A DNA stretch of 64,000 bases from Armatimonadota bacterium (lineage in GTDB: Bacteria; Armatimonadota; SYMT01). Each line of letters opens with the position of its first letter. Position 1 is the stretch's first letter. The position numbers and the translations under genes were made by a program. The stretch covers positions 656,342-720,341 of the forward strand of contig JAWLHY010000002.1 in assembly GCA_041690135.1 (NCBI GenBank). Reading direction: 5' to 3'. Below are positions 51,729 through 60,889 of this stretch, one piece after another. The notes beneath the pieces were generated by a model, which made no database searches, was not told the DNA's origin, and was given only the letters and a program-made list of their open reading frames with translations.

Positions 51729-53384
51729 TTACTCTCTCCGAGTGATCTCTGAGGTTGAGCCTTCCCATCGGCAGATTTCTCGGAGGAGCCGGTGTGTCTC
51801 TTCCCGGCTGGGGGTGGTGGTCCAGAGCTGCTCGCGGAACCGCTGATAGGGACCGAGGAGCGGGTGGGCCAGGAAGGCCTCGTAATCAATCCCCATCTCT
51901 CGCAGTTCCTGGGTGACCGTGGCCAGGTTGCCCCGCCGGCGATCCCGGGCGAGGCGTCGATTCAGCTCTGTCTGAATAGGCTCGGGCTGCTCCGCCACCA
52001 TGAACTTGAGGACGTTCTGGTCCAGGTTCGCACCGAACCGCTCCAGATACTCCGGTCCGGGATCAAGCGGAATCTCATCGGCCAGGGTTTCGAACAACGG
52101 CGGTTCGGGTGCCTCGCGGTCTCGAGTCCAGATCGCCTTCAGCAGCAGTCGCCGCCGCAGATCCTCCGGTTCCTCCTCCAGGTAGCGGTCGATGAGCGCA
52201 CAGGCGGCCGCTGGGTCCACCAGCACCTCGCCTTTCCACACGCTGAGCCCGGCGAGAGCCGCCTCCAGATGGCGGGCGAAGAAGGGTGGATTGAGGTAGG
52301 CGCCGTGGACGGGTCCCCGCGGATCGGTCCGACACTGGACTCGGATCCGGTCACCGGCGGCGTGGTCCAGGTAGGCGCGGAGATGGGGGAGGTGCGCCAG
52401 GCCGGCCACGTGGACCGCACGCAGTTCTCCTCCCGGCTCCACCGCGCGCGCAGCCCGGCATACCTTCTCCAGCAGCACTTCCAGCAGGTAGAAGTCGTTT
52501 ACCCCCAGCAGGAACCCTTCCAGGATCTGCTGCTGCACGAACTGCGGCAGCTCCGCTGCCGGTACCTGGAACTCGCGCGCCAGCGGCGCCAGGCGTTCCA
52601 CGGTGTAAGCTTCCACTTCCAACACCGGCGCGGGGGCGTGATCATACAGCACCAAGTGCCGCCCCGCACCCACCGGATTCTCCGAGGCGCCGACGTGGAC
52701 GATCCGGTTCGCCGCGAAGGCCTCCTGGAGGTGCGGCGGCAGGTCCGCGAAAAGTACTTCCAGCGACACGGGCTCCGGGCCCACTCCGCCAAGCTCTTGC
52801 CGGGGATAGCTTTGCGCATTGGGATAGGGGAGCGCGAGCGCCGGGGCCTCGAAGTCGTTCGCGACCAGCCCGTGCCGGTAGTAGAGGCGCGCGCGCAAGT
52901 AGCGGACGTGGGGGTTGACGTTGCAGCCAACGGTCCCGAAGCGCGGCGCGTTCCGGCGACAGTGCTCCAGGAGATCGAGCCAGAAGATGTTGCGGATGTG
53001 AACTTCCGCCTCACCACCGCTCTCGTCGCTGCTATTCGGTGCGGCGAGATACGCCTTCACGGGAGTGGTCGGCAGCTCCAGGCTGACCAGGTCAGCCTCC
53101 CGTACGACGGGGACTTCGCTCGGGAACCAGTGGCCGATATGCTCCACCCCCAGAAACGTCAGGACGAGCCGACGGTCCCCCTGGCGCAGGAGATCATCCA
53201 GCTTCCGGAGCAGGAAGCCGATCCGGTTGAGGTAGCGGTGTCGGGACGCCACGGGATACACGTGATCAGGACCAGGATGGCGATCGAAATCAAGAAGCGA
53301 CGCTGCGGGACCCGTCTCCGGAACATACAGAGAAGGGTGTCCCACATAGCTTCGCTGCCGGGCAAGAGGTTCCCTGCCTGCCAA
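51729..53384 (-). CDS. Hypothetical protein (start uncertain)
   Basis: 551-aa ORF with normal high-GC codon use; FLGVEH and VAGLAH weakly recall the EreA/ChaN/Tiki fold. Confidence 0.65.
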   Translation of the reverse strand: MAGREPLARQRSYVGHPSLYVPETGPAASLLDFDRHPGPDHVYPVASRHRYLNRIGFLLRKLDDLLRQGDRRLVLTFLGVEHIGHWFPSEVPVVREADLVSLELPTTPVKAYLAAPNSSDESGGEAEVHIRNIFWLDLLEHCRRNAPRFGTVGCNVNPHVRYLRARLYYRHGLVANDFEAPALALPYPNAQSYPRQELGGVGPEPVSLEVLFADLPPHLQEAFAANRIVHVGASENPVGAGRHLVLYDHAPAPVLEVEAYTVERLAPLAREFQVPAAELPQFVQQQILEGFLLGVNDFYLLEVLLEKVCRAARAVEPGGELRAVHVAGLAHLPHLRAYLDHAAGDRIRVQCRTDPRGPVHGAYLNPPFFARHLEAALAGLSVWKGEVLVDPAAACALIDRYLEEEPEDLRRRLLLKAIWTRDREAPEPPLFETLADEIPLDPGPEYLERFGANLDQNVLKFMVAEQPEPIQTELNRRLARDRRRGNLATVTQELREMGIDYEAFLAHPLLGPYQRFREQLWTTTPSREETHRLLREICRWEGSTSEITRRE

Positions 53385-53505
53385 CGCGAAAGCGTAGTTC
53401 GTTTCTCAGGATTCCGGTGAGGCCTTGACCCGGATGGGAACGGATGGAGCCGATAGGCACGGAGCCGGTGGGTGAGGGAAGATCGTTAGTCGTGGATAGG
53501 ACCGA

Positions 53506-53919
53506 CTACGGCTCGCGGCCGAGTTCCACGAGAAGGCAAGGGCCACCGTGGATCACGTTCAGGCCGGCTGCCTCCGCCTTGCGGACGGCGGCGGGGCTTT
53601 CGGCGCCGGGCTGCATCCAGACGTGCTTTACCCCGGCGGAGATGATGTCGTCCATCACCTGCTCCGTGACGGCGGGGGGCGTGATGATGGAGACCGCCTC
53701 GACCCGCTCCGGCAGCGCGGCCAGGTTGGGGAAGGTGGGATGGCCGAGGATGGTCTGCGAGCGGGGGTTGACGGGGTAGGCCCTCCGGTCGTGGCGCAGG
53801 TAGGCGGCAAAGACGTGGTGGCCGAACTTGGCCGGGTCGTCGCTGGCGCCGACAACGGCGAAGGAAGGGGCAGCGAGAAACGCCCGGATCTGCTCGCGAA
53901 GTTTTGCGGTGGCCGGCAT
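53506..53919 (-). CDS. CoA-binding protein (YccU-like)
   Basis: AVVGAS, YPVNP, VWMQPG, GPCLLV. Confidence 0.93.
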   Translation of the reverse strand: MPATAKLREQIRAFLAAPSFAVVGASDDPAKFGHHVFAAYLRHDRRAYPVNPRSQTILGHPTFPNLAALPERVEAVSIITPPAVTEQVMDDIISAGVKHVWMQPGAESPAAVRKAEAAGLNVIHGGPCLLVELGREP

Positions 53920-53980
53920 CCCAAAGACCTCTCCAGGTTAAACTTGCTTCAGCGTACCCGTGTCCCCGTAACAGGAAACG

Positions 53981-54019
53981 GAAAAGGGAGGGGGAGCGCC
54001 GTTGATCCCCCTCCCCTTC
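53981..54019 (-). terminator. Intrinsic terminator after the methyltransferase-like gene
   Basis: On the minus strand, GAAGGGGAGGGGGA/TCCCCCTCCCTT followed by TTCC. Confidence 0.55.
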
Positions 54020-54070
54020 AGTGTTTCGGCAGGGGTCTGCCTCACACGCTTGTGAACAGGTTAACCCGGA

Positions 54071-54955
54071 TCAGTCGGGCTTCCGCGCCACGACCAGTAC
54101 GCAGCCGCCCTCGCCGGTGGCGTGTTCGCGCTCCACGGTAAGGCCCGCCTCGCGGAGTACCGGGTGGAACTGTCCCGTGCTGTAGCAGGGAATGCGCGCG
54201 CTGAGGCCGCCCGCCAGCCCCGAGCGGTCGAGCTTTTCCCAGCGGTCCAGGATCAGAGTGGCGCCCGGCGCCATGATTCCTGTGAAGAAGCGAATCTCTT
54301 GCGCCAGTTCCTCCAGGGAGAGTTGCTGGGTGAGACCCAGGGAGAGGACCGCGTGGAACGGGCCTTCCTGCGCAGCTATGGCCGTCACGCCACGGTGGCG
54401 CCGCAGGTCTTCCTGCAAGAATGTGATCGCATGCCCGGCGCACCGGGCGTTCCAACTCGCTTCGGGGAGCACGGTACCTTCGGGGTCCAGGTCCACGCCC
54501 CAGCAGCGCACGCGGCCCGCGACCTCCGGTCGGGTCGCCCGGAGGCGCTCCAGCATGCCGGTAAGCTCGCAGCCCAGGCCGCAGGGGGTGCTGAGGACGC
54601 GGCACTCCCGCTCGCCGGAGCGGATCTGCATGACCGCGGCGGCGGTCAGTTCGCCGGTGGCGGCTTCCAGTCGCTCGCGCAGGCCGCGGTGGATCGGGAG
54701 TTCGAGGACCATCCGGTCGGCCACGCTCCCGAGCAGGCCCCTCTCCGGCGTGGGGACGTTGGCGTAGACGCGGGCGAGGTTCCGCGCGTCGTAGCCGCGG
54801 GTGAGGATCTCCCGCGCCAGGGCGCTGGAGAGGATAGGGAGGCAGCGCCCCTGTCCGCTTTCGACGAGCCCGTGGGCCATGCGGACCGGAGCCGGAGTCG
54901 AAGGGCTTTGTATACGCGCCCGCAGGCGCTCCCGTGCCAAAGTGAGGGCACTCAT
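54071..54955 (-). CDS. Class I SAM-dependent methyltransferase-like protein
   Basis: RVLSTPCGLG, WGVDLD, EDL, FHAVLSLGL, MAPGATLI. Confidence 0.75.
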   Translation of the reverse strand: MSALTLARERLRARIQSPSTPAPVRMAHGLVESGQGRCLPILSSALAREILTRGYDARNLARVYANVPTPERGLLGSVADRMVLELPIHRGLRERLEAATGELTAAAVMQIRSGERECRVLSTPCGLGCELTGMLERLRATRPEVAGRVRCWGVDLDPEGTVLPEASWNARCAGHAITFLQEDLRRHRGVTAIAAQEGPFHAVLSLGLTQQLSLEELAQEIRFFTGIMAPGATLILDRWEKLDRSGLAGGLSARIPCYSTGQFHPVLREAGLTVEREHATGEGGCVLVVARKPD

Positions 54956-55255
54956 TCCGTTAGTGGTCTCCGCCTCTAAAGAGAAAGAGAAATCCAGTAC
55001 AACTTTCACGCGCGAAATGCGACACTCGCGCGGTCTGCTTTGTCTCTGTCATATAGACTTACGCTATGACCGTGGTCGCCGTCGCGGGACCTTAGACCTA
55101 TATTCGGTCCCCTCCGGCCCTCAATGCCAGCCCATCCTCTGCAGCGGGCGGCAGCGGGGTCGGCAGGCGACCTTCGAGCGGGGCGGGATGGAGATTGACC
55201 GCAAGCCCGCCGGTAGATCCTGCCGGAGACGCCGCGATTCTGATGAGGATGGTGT

Positions 55256-56059
55256 ATGGATTCTGTAGCTGCTGAACGGGGCCCCGTGGGCCTGAAGAGT
55301 TTCCGGTTATCGCAATTGCCGACGGCCCCGCGGGTGGTCCTCACGATGTTCCTGGCCCTGGTGGGCATCGGGTATATGGTCGCCCTCTCGCACCTTTACT
55401 TCACGTACAACGCGGTGGACGGCAAACCGGGTGTGGGCCCGGAAGATCTCAAGCAGAGCATCTATGGAAAGCGGGAAACCACCCTTCTCGAGTCGAAGCT
55501 GGTCGGCGGCACGATGGAGAAGTTCTGCCCGGACACTGGGGAACGCGACCAGATCGTGGCGTGGGCGCGGAAGGGGGCCCCGGAAGCGGAGTTCGCGTCG
55601 ATCCAGCCGATCCTGCAGCAGCGGTGCGTGAGCTGCCACAGCACGGATGGGGCCGCCAAGTTCCGCCCGCTCACCGACTTTACGGAAGTGGCCGCCACGG
55701 CCCAGATGGACAAGGGAGAGTCGATGCCGGCCTGGGCGCGAACGGCCCACGTGCATCTCCAATCACTTTCCGTGATCTTCCTGCTGGTGGGTCTTGCCTT
55801 CTCATTCTGCGGGCTGCCCCAGGCGCTGAAGTCCGTGGTGGTAACCCTGCCGTTCATTGCGCTGGTGACGGATTTCGGCGCGCGAGCGCTGGCGCAGCAC
55901 TACCCGGACGCAGTGTACGGAGTGATGGCCTCCGGCGCCGTGATGGGGCTTTCGCTGGTCTTCATGGTCCTGGCCACCCTTTACGAGCTCTGGGTCTGGA
56001 AGCCGCGCCCGCCCATGCCTCAGGGGCAGAGCGCCAAGGTGGCGTTTGAAGGGGCGTAG
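55256..56059 (+). CDS. Membrane protein with one c-type heme motif
   Basis: N-terminal TM helix, CVSCH, then RTAHVHL and ~3 TM helices. Confidence 0.8.
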   Translation: MDSVAAERGPVGLKSFRLSQLPTAPRVVLTMFLALVGIGYMVALSHLYFTYNAVDGKPGVGPEDLKQSIYGKRETTLLESKLVGGTMEKFCPDTGERDQIVAWARKGAPEAEFASIQPILQQRCVSCHSTDGAAKFRPLTDFTEVAATAQMDKGESMPAWARTAHVHLQSLSVIFLLVGLAFSFCGLPQALKSVVVTLPFIALVTDFGARALAQHYPDAVYGVMASGAVMGLSLVFMVLATLYELWVWKPRPPMPQGQSAKVAFEGA

Positions 56060-56081
56060 AGTTTTCGGAATGGAATGCGTG

Positions 56082-56113
56082 ATGGGCCGGGGATGATCCC
56101 CGGCCCATTTTTC
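56082..56113 (+). terminator. Intrinsic terminator
   Basis: ATGGGCCGGGGAT/ATCCCCGGCCCAT followed by TTTT. Confidence 0.75.
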
Positions 56114-56257
56114 TTGTCACACGGAAGGGTTCAAAACCGTAATTCCCAACGGCGCCTGCGGCGGAGGAAGGGGATTGGCGGCCCGGCGGAATACAATTCT
56201 CCGTGGCATCCCCGATCCTGCGTGCAGGGTGAGCGGAGAGGATAGCGAGGTTTCGGA

Positions 56258-56770
56258 ATGGAGAAGTCGGTAAACGACCCGGAGTTGGAGCACCCGGAAG
56301 GTCCTTCGCGCCGGGGTTTCCTGGGGCTGACGGCCACAATCGGGGCCGTCATCGGGATCATGGTCGGGGTGCCGGTGGGCGCGCTCTTCGCGGCGCCCCT
56401 CCTACGCCGGGGCACGGGCGCGGGGGATAACTGGGTTCCGATCGGTCCCGCCGAGGAGTTCAGCGAGCAGCGGAAAGACGTGGAGTACCGCTTCGAGCGG
56501 ACCGACGGCTGGTACACCGCGCAGCAGGTCCGTCGCGTTTCGGTGGCGAAGGTCGCCGACAATGAGTTTGCCGTGCTCTCCACCAAGTGCAGTCACGCGG
56601 GCTGCGGCGTGACCTGGAAGCCGGACCAGCAGGTGTTCTATTGTCCCTGCCACGGCGGCGAGTTCAATGCGGACGGCACCGTAAAGAAGGGCCCGCCGGA
56701 CACGCCGTTGGTGCGCCTGGAAGCCCGCCGGAACGAAGCGACCGGCCAACTGGAAGTGAAGGAGACCTGA
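56258..56770 (+). CDS. Rieske iron-sulfur subunit of a Rieske/cytochrome b complex
   Basis: SRRGFL Tat motif plus TM helix; CSHAGC and CPCHGG. Confidence 0.95.
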   Translation: MEKSVNDPELEHPEGPSRRGFLGLTATIGAVIGIMVGVPVGALFAAPLLRRGTGAGDNWVPIGPAEEFSEQRKDVEYRFERTDGWYTAQQVRRVSVAKVADNEFAVLSTKCSHAGCGVTWKPDQQVFYCPCHGGEFNADGTVKKGPPDTPLVRLEARRNEATGQLEVKET

Positions 56771-56812
56771 TGGGTTATGGTCGGGATCAGGAAAGGGTGA
56801 GGGGCTGAGCGC

Positions 56813-58306
56813 ATGCTGTCCAGGTTGAAGAGCTGGCTGATGGACCGCACCACGGTCGGGCCGGAAGCGATCCAGGCGATGAACCGCGGCCTGCCGAAGG
56901 GAGTGGGGTGGCTCCACACGCTGGGCAGCGTGGCGATGGCGTTGATCGCACTCCAGGCGGTGACCGGGATCGTGCTGGGGATGTACTATTCTCCCCATCC
57001 GGATGCCGCATATGAGACGGTTCGCTTCATCGACCGCGAGTTGCCGATGGGCCTGTTCGTCCGCAGCATCCATCATTACGGCGATAGCGCGTTGATCGTG
57101 GTGGTGATCGCGCACCTGCTGCGCACCTTCTTCCAGGGAACCTACAAAGCACCACGCGAGCTGAACTGGATCCTGGGTATCGTGCTGGTGCAGGTGGTTA
57201 TCGGTTTCGGCTTCACCGGGGCGCTCCTGCCGTGGGACCAGAACGCCTACAAGGCCACGGAAGTCCGGGTGTCCTACCCCTCGCAGGTCCCGATCCTGGG
57301 TCCCATCATCCAGACGGTGCTCCTGGGCGGGCGGGACATCGGCGCCCTCACCCTGACGCGTTTTTACGCCATTCACGCGCTCCTGCTGCCGGCGCTCTTG
57401 CTGCTGCTGATGCGTGCCCATACGGTGCTGGCCTGGAGGAAGGGGCCCACGCCTCCCGGCGCGCGCGTGGGTGAGGAAGCGGAGGTTCCGGTGGCCTCGC
57501 GCTTCGTGGAGCACCAGCTCTTCCGGAATGCCGTGGCGATCCTGGGCACGTTCATCGTCGTGTTCGTGCTGGCCGCCGTGCGCCCCTATGAGCTGGAGTT
57601 CAAAGCGAACCCGGCCGACGCCACCTACACGCCGCGCGCGGAATGGTACTTCCTGTTCCTGTTCCAGTTCGTGAAAGACTTCGACACGCTGCCGGTCCTG
57701 GAGAAGCTCCCCGCTTGGTTCCCCGCCCTCGTGATACCCGGAATCGGCATAACCTTCCTGGCCCTCGCTCCGTGGATCGACCGCAGCCCCGAGCGGAAGG
57801 CCAGCCGGCGCCCGGTGATGGTCGGGCTGGTGTGTCTTGGCCTGGTGGGAGCGGTCGCCCTCACCGTACGGGCCTATGCGCTGCTCCATCCGAACGCTAC
57901 TCCGAGCCATAGCCTTTACGCCCGCTTCACGGACGGTGGTGAGAAGCCTCTCCCGGCCGAGCTGGTGGCGGAAGGGAAGCAGGCCTTCGCCGCATGCGGA
58001 GGATGCCACAGCGCCTACGCCGATTTCCAGTCCGACCTGGGCCCGGACCTCACCGGCTACGGCCGCAAGACGTTCCTGGCGGAACTGGAGGGCCATCCGG
58101 AGATCGGAAAGCTGAGCTTCTACGAGCGTTACCGCGGCTACGTCCGTGGCGACTTGCGCCCGGAGCAGACGGTGATGCCGAAGTACACGGAAGAGATGCT
58201 CCCCACGGAGAAGCTCGACGCCATCGGCGCCTACCTCTCGCAGGACCCCGTCGAAGCGATCGTCCGCCACAAGGACCCGACTTCGCCATCAACACCCGGT
58301 GAATAA
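56813..58306 (+). CDS. Cytochrome b + subunit IV + cytochrome c fusion
   Basis: RSIHH...AHLLR, LLPWDQ, RFYAIH...AH, AEWY, C-terminal CGGCH and MP. Confidence 0.93.
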   Translation: MLSRLKSWLMDRTTVGPEAIQAMNRGLPKGVGWLHTLGSVAMALIALQAVTGIVLGMYYSPHPDAAYETVRFIDRELPMGLFVRSIHHYGDSALIVVVIAHLLRTFFQGTYKAPRELNWILGIVLVQVVIGFGFTGALLPWDQNAYKATEVRVSYPSQVPILGPIIQTVLLGGRDIGALTLTRFYAIHALLLPALLLLLMRAHTVLAWRKGPTPPGARVGEEAEVPVASRFVEHQLFRNAVAILGTFIVVFVLAAVRPYELEFKANPADATYTPRAEWYFLFLFQFVKDFDTLPVLEKLPAWFPALVIPGIGITFLALAPWIDRSPERKASRRPVMVGLVCLGLVGAVALTVRAYALLHPNATPSHSLYARFTDGGEKPLPAELVAEGKQAFAACGGCHSAYADFQSDLGPDLTGYGRKTFLAELEGHPEIGKLSFYERYRGYVRGDLRPEQTVMPKYTEEMLPTEKLDAIGAYLSQDPVEAIVRHKDPTSPSTPGE

Positions 58307-59788
58307 ATGCGCATAGCCATTGGTGGTTTTTTTCACGAGTCGAACACCTTCTGCCGCCCGTACACCACGCTGGCGGATTACGAACGGACGCGCCTGTACG
58401 CGGGCGAGGAGATGACCGAGCCGCTGCGGGGGACCGATACGGAGATCGGCGGCTTCTTGCGCGGTGCGGACGAGCTCGGGTTCGAGGCGGTGCCTACGTA
58501 CTACGCCTGGGCGTGGCCGGCGGGGCCGCTGACCCAGGACTGCTTCCGGACCATCCTCGACCGGCTGAAGACGGCGATGGAGTCCGCGGCACACGGGGAG
58601 CAGCCGGTGGACGGCGTGCTGCTGCAGCTTCACGGCGCGATGGTGGCGGAAGGGGACGACGATCCGGACGGGACGATCCTGGCGGAGGTGCGGTCCGTCT
58701 TGCCCCCGGGCGTGCCGCTGGTCGCCACCTTTGATTTCCACGCCAACCTCTCTCCCCTCATGGTCGCTTCGTGCGATGCGATGATCGGTTACGATACCTA
58801 TCCGCACGTCGACCTCAACGACCGCGGTCGCGAAGCGGCGGGACTCCTGGTCCGGATGCTGCGCGATGAGATTCACCCATCGATGGCGCTGAGCAAACCG
58901 CCGCTGATGCCGCACATCGTCAAGCAGCGGACGGCCGATGGTCCCATGGCGGAGATGATGGCCCTGGCGCGGGAAGCGGAGCAGGAAGAGGGTGTGCTGC
59001 GGGTCTCCATCGCGGGCGGGTTCGCCTACGCCGACGTGCCGCGCATGGGGGCGGGGGTCGTGGTCATCACCGACGGGGATGAAGAGCTCGCGGCCCACGT
59101 GGCGGAGCGGTTGTCGGAAGAGTACTGGGCTCGGCGCGAAGCCTTCACCGCCGACCTTCCGGACGCGGCCGAGGCGGTGCGGCTGGCGCTGGAGACCGAT
59201 CCTTCGGCCGGTCCCGTGGTGCTGGCCGACCTGGCGGACAACGTGGGCGGCGGCGCCCCGGGAGACGGTACGGAGTTGCTGGCCGAGTTGCTGCGGCAGG
59301 AAGCGAAGGGCGCGCTGGTCCTCCTGGCTGACCCCGATGCTCTGGCGGCTTGCCTGCAGGCGGGGGTACGCGAAACCGTCCGCCTGCGAGTGGGCGGCAA
59401 GGTGGACCGGATGCACGGCGAACCCGTGGAGGTCGAGGGCAAAGTTCGGCTCCTGGCCGACGGCCTGTTCCGGAACATCGGTCCCATGCGGGATGGCCTG
59501 CTGGACGACATGGGCCGGACCGCGGTGGTGGACGTGCGGGGCCTGACGCTGGTACTTACCGAGCGGAAGCTGCCGATGTGGAACCTGGAGCAACTCCGGT
59601 CGGTGGGGGTAGAACCGACGCGTCAGCGGATCATTGTCTGCAAGGGGGCCATCGCCCACCGGGCGGCCTATGCCCCCATCGCGGGCCGCATGCTGGAAGT
59701 GGAGACCGCCGGAAGCTGTGCCGGCGACGTGCGAAAGTTCCGGTATGAGAATATCCGCCGCCCGCTTTATCCGCTCGATCGCTGGTAA
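58307..59788 (+). CDS. MlrC family (M81) metallopeptidase
   Basis: HESNTF, LHGAM, DFHAN, YPHVD, ADNVGGG. Confidence 0.92.
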   Translation: MRIAIGGFFHESNTFCRPYTTLADYERTRLYAGEEMTEPLRGTDTEIGGFLRGADELGFEAVPTYYAWAWPAGPLTQDCFRTILDRLKTAMESAAHGEQPVDGVLLQLHGAMVAEGDDDPDGTILAEVRSVLPPGVPLVATFDFHANLSPLMVASCDAMIGYDTYPHVDLNDRGREAAGLLVRMLRDEIHPSMALSKPPLMPHIVKQRTADGPMAEMMALAREAEQEEGVLRVSIAGGFAYADVPRMGAGVVVITDGDEELAAHVAERLSEEYWARREAFTADLPDAAEAVRLALETDPSAGPVVLADLADNVGGGAPGDGTELLAELLRQEAKGALVLLADPDALAACLQAGVRETVRLRVGGKVDRMHGEPVEVEGKVRLLADGLFRNIGPMRDGLLDDMGRTAVVDVRGLTLVLTERKLPMWNLEQLRSVGVEPTRQRIIVCKGAIAHRAAYAPIAGRMLEVETAGSCAGDVRKFRYENIRRPLYPLDRW

Positions 59789-59977
59789 GTGGGGCCCTGT
59801 CTCGCGCAAAGGTTTACACCCCAAGGGGGTGCGCCAAGCCGCGAAGGAAGAGAGTCCACAGATTACGCAGATGGGAAAGATGATGCCGATGGCGCGGCAA
59901 GACTTCAAAGACGGAGTTCATCTCACTCACCCATCAATCGGAAGTTGCGTAGTAAGTGAACTACTGGTGCCGTCTGG

Positions 59978-60889
59978 TTACTCGCCGAGGTAGGGAGATA
60001 GGGGGAGTTCGGGGAGAGAGGCTTCATCCAGAAGCAGTGGGAGGGGCTGCCGGAGGTCGAGACGCCAGATCGACACGCCACGGCGGAGGAAGGCGGTGCG
60101 GCCATCCCCGCTGATGGCCATCAGGTTGGCGCGGCTGGCCAACTTAAGGGTGCGGGGCGCCGGGTCCTCGGTACGGGCGATGAGATCTCCTTCGGGTTCA
60201 CCATAGCTGTTTCTGGTGAAGTGGATCGTCTCTCCGGCAACCTTCACGGTGTCTCCCTCTCCCGAGGTAGGGGGCATTTCGTCGAGGGCGGGCGAGAGGG
60301 GCGAAGGCACTTCCGTGGCCCAGAGGTCGTCAACTACCTCTTCGTCGGACCACTGGCGGGCGAGTTGGTCCGCCGTCGCTCCGCGGTAGGTCCGGCCGGT
60401 CCGGGGATCGAAGACCCACGGCCCGAGCGGTCCGAGGGACCAGTCGCCGTAGTTGTACGCCCAGAGGTAACGCTCCCCCCGTGGCTCTCCAGCCAGGCGC
60501 CAGAGGTAACGCAAGCGGTCGCCTTCCAATTTCCACGTTCCCTGCCGCGGAAGTGCGGCAAGCGGAGGACGAGTTGACAGGTGGAAGGGCCGGAGACTGC
60601 GGAGCTGCGCCTGGGCGAGGACCCACCACCCGTTCAAATCCGTGGGCGTGCCGGGTGGGGGCGCGGGGGGTTCACCCCAGTCGGCGGTCACCAGCCAACC
60701 CGAGGCGCCCGTAGCCTGAATCGAGACGTTGGCGGTCTCGGGGGTGGCGAAGAGGCGGCGCTCCACGCCTACGGGGGTCCGCCGTGGGAACGGCTGGGTC
60801 CGCAGCCAGTAGTAGAGGGGAGAGGCCACTGCCGCCACGCACCCGAGGCAGAAGCGGAGCCGGGGAGCTGCCAAGAGGTTGCGGTTCAT
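59978..60889 (-). CDS. Membrane-anchored hypothetical protein
   Basis: N-terminal hydrophobic helix; ATGA overlap with the upstream TPR gene. Confidence 0.65.
   Translation of the reverse strand: MNRNLLAAPRLRFCLGCVAAVASPLYYWLRTQPFPRRTPVGVERRLFATPETANVSIQATGASGWLVTADWGEPPAPPPGTPTDLNGWWVLAQAQLRSLRPFHLSTRPPLAALPRQGTWKLEGDRLRYLWRLAGEPRGERYLWAYNYGDWSLGPLGPWVFDPRTGRTYRGATADQLARQWSDEEVVDDLWATEVPSPLSPALDEMPPTSGEGDTVKVAGETIHFTRNSYGEPEGDLIARTEDPAPRTLKLASRANLMAISGDGRTAFLRRGVSIWRLDLRQPLPLLLDEASLPELPLSPYLGE

Noticed and set aside
52280-52300. NPPF in the 551-aa protein as methyltransferase motif IV
   Set aside because: No motif I or supporting strand context; probably coincidental.
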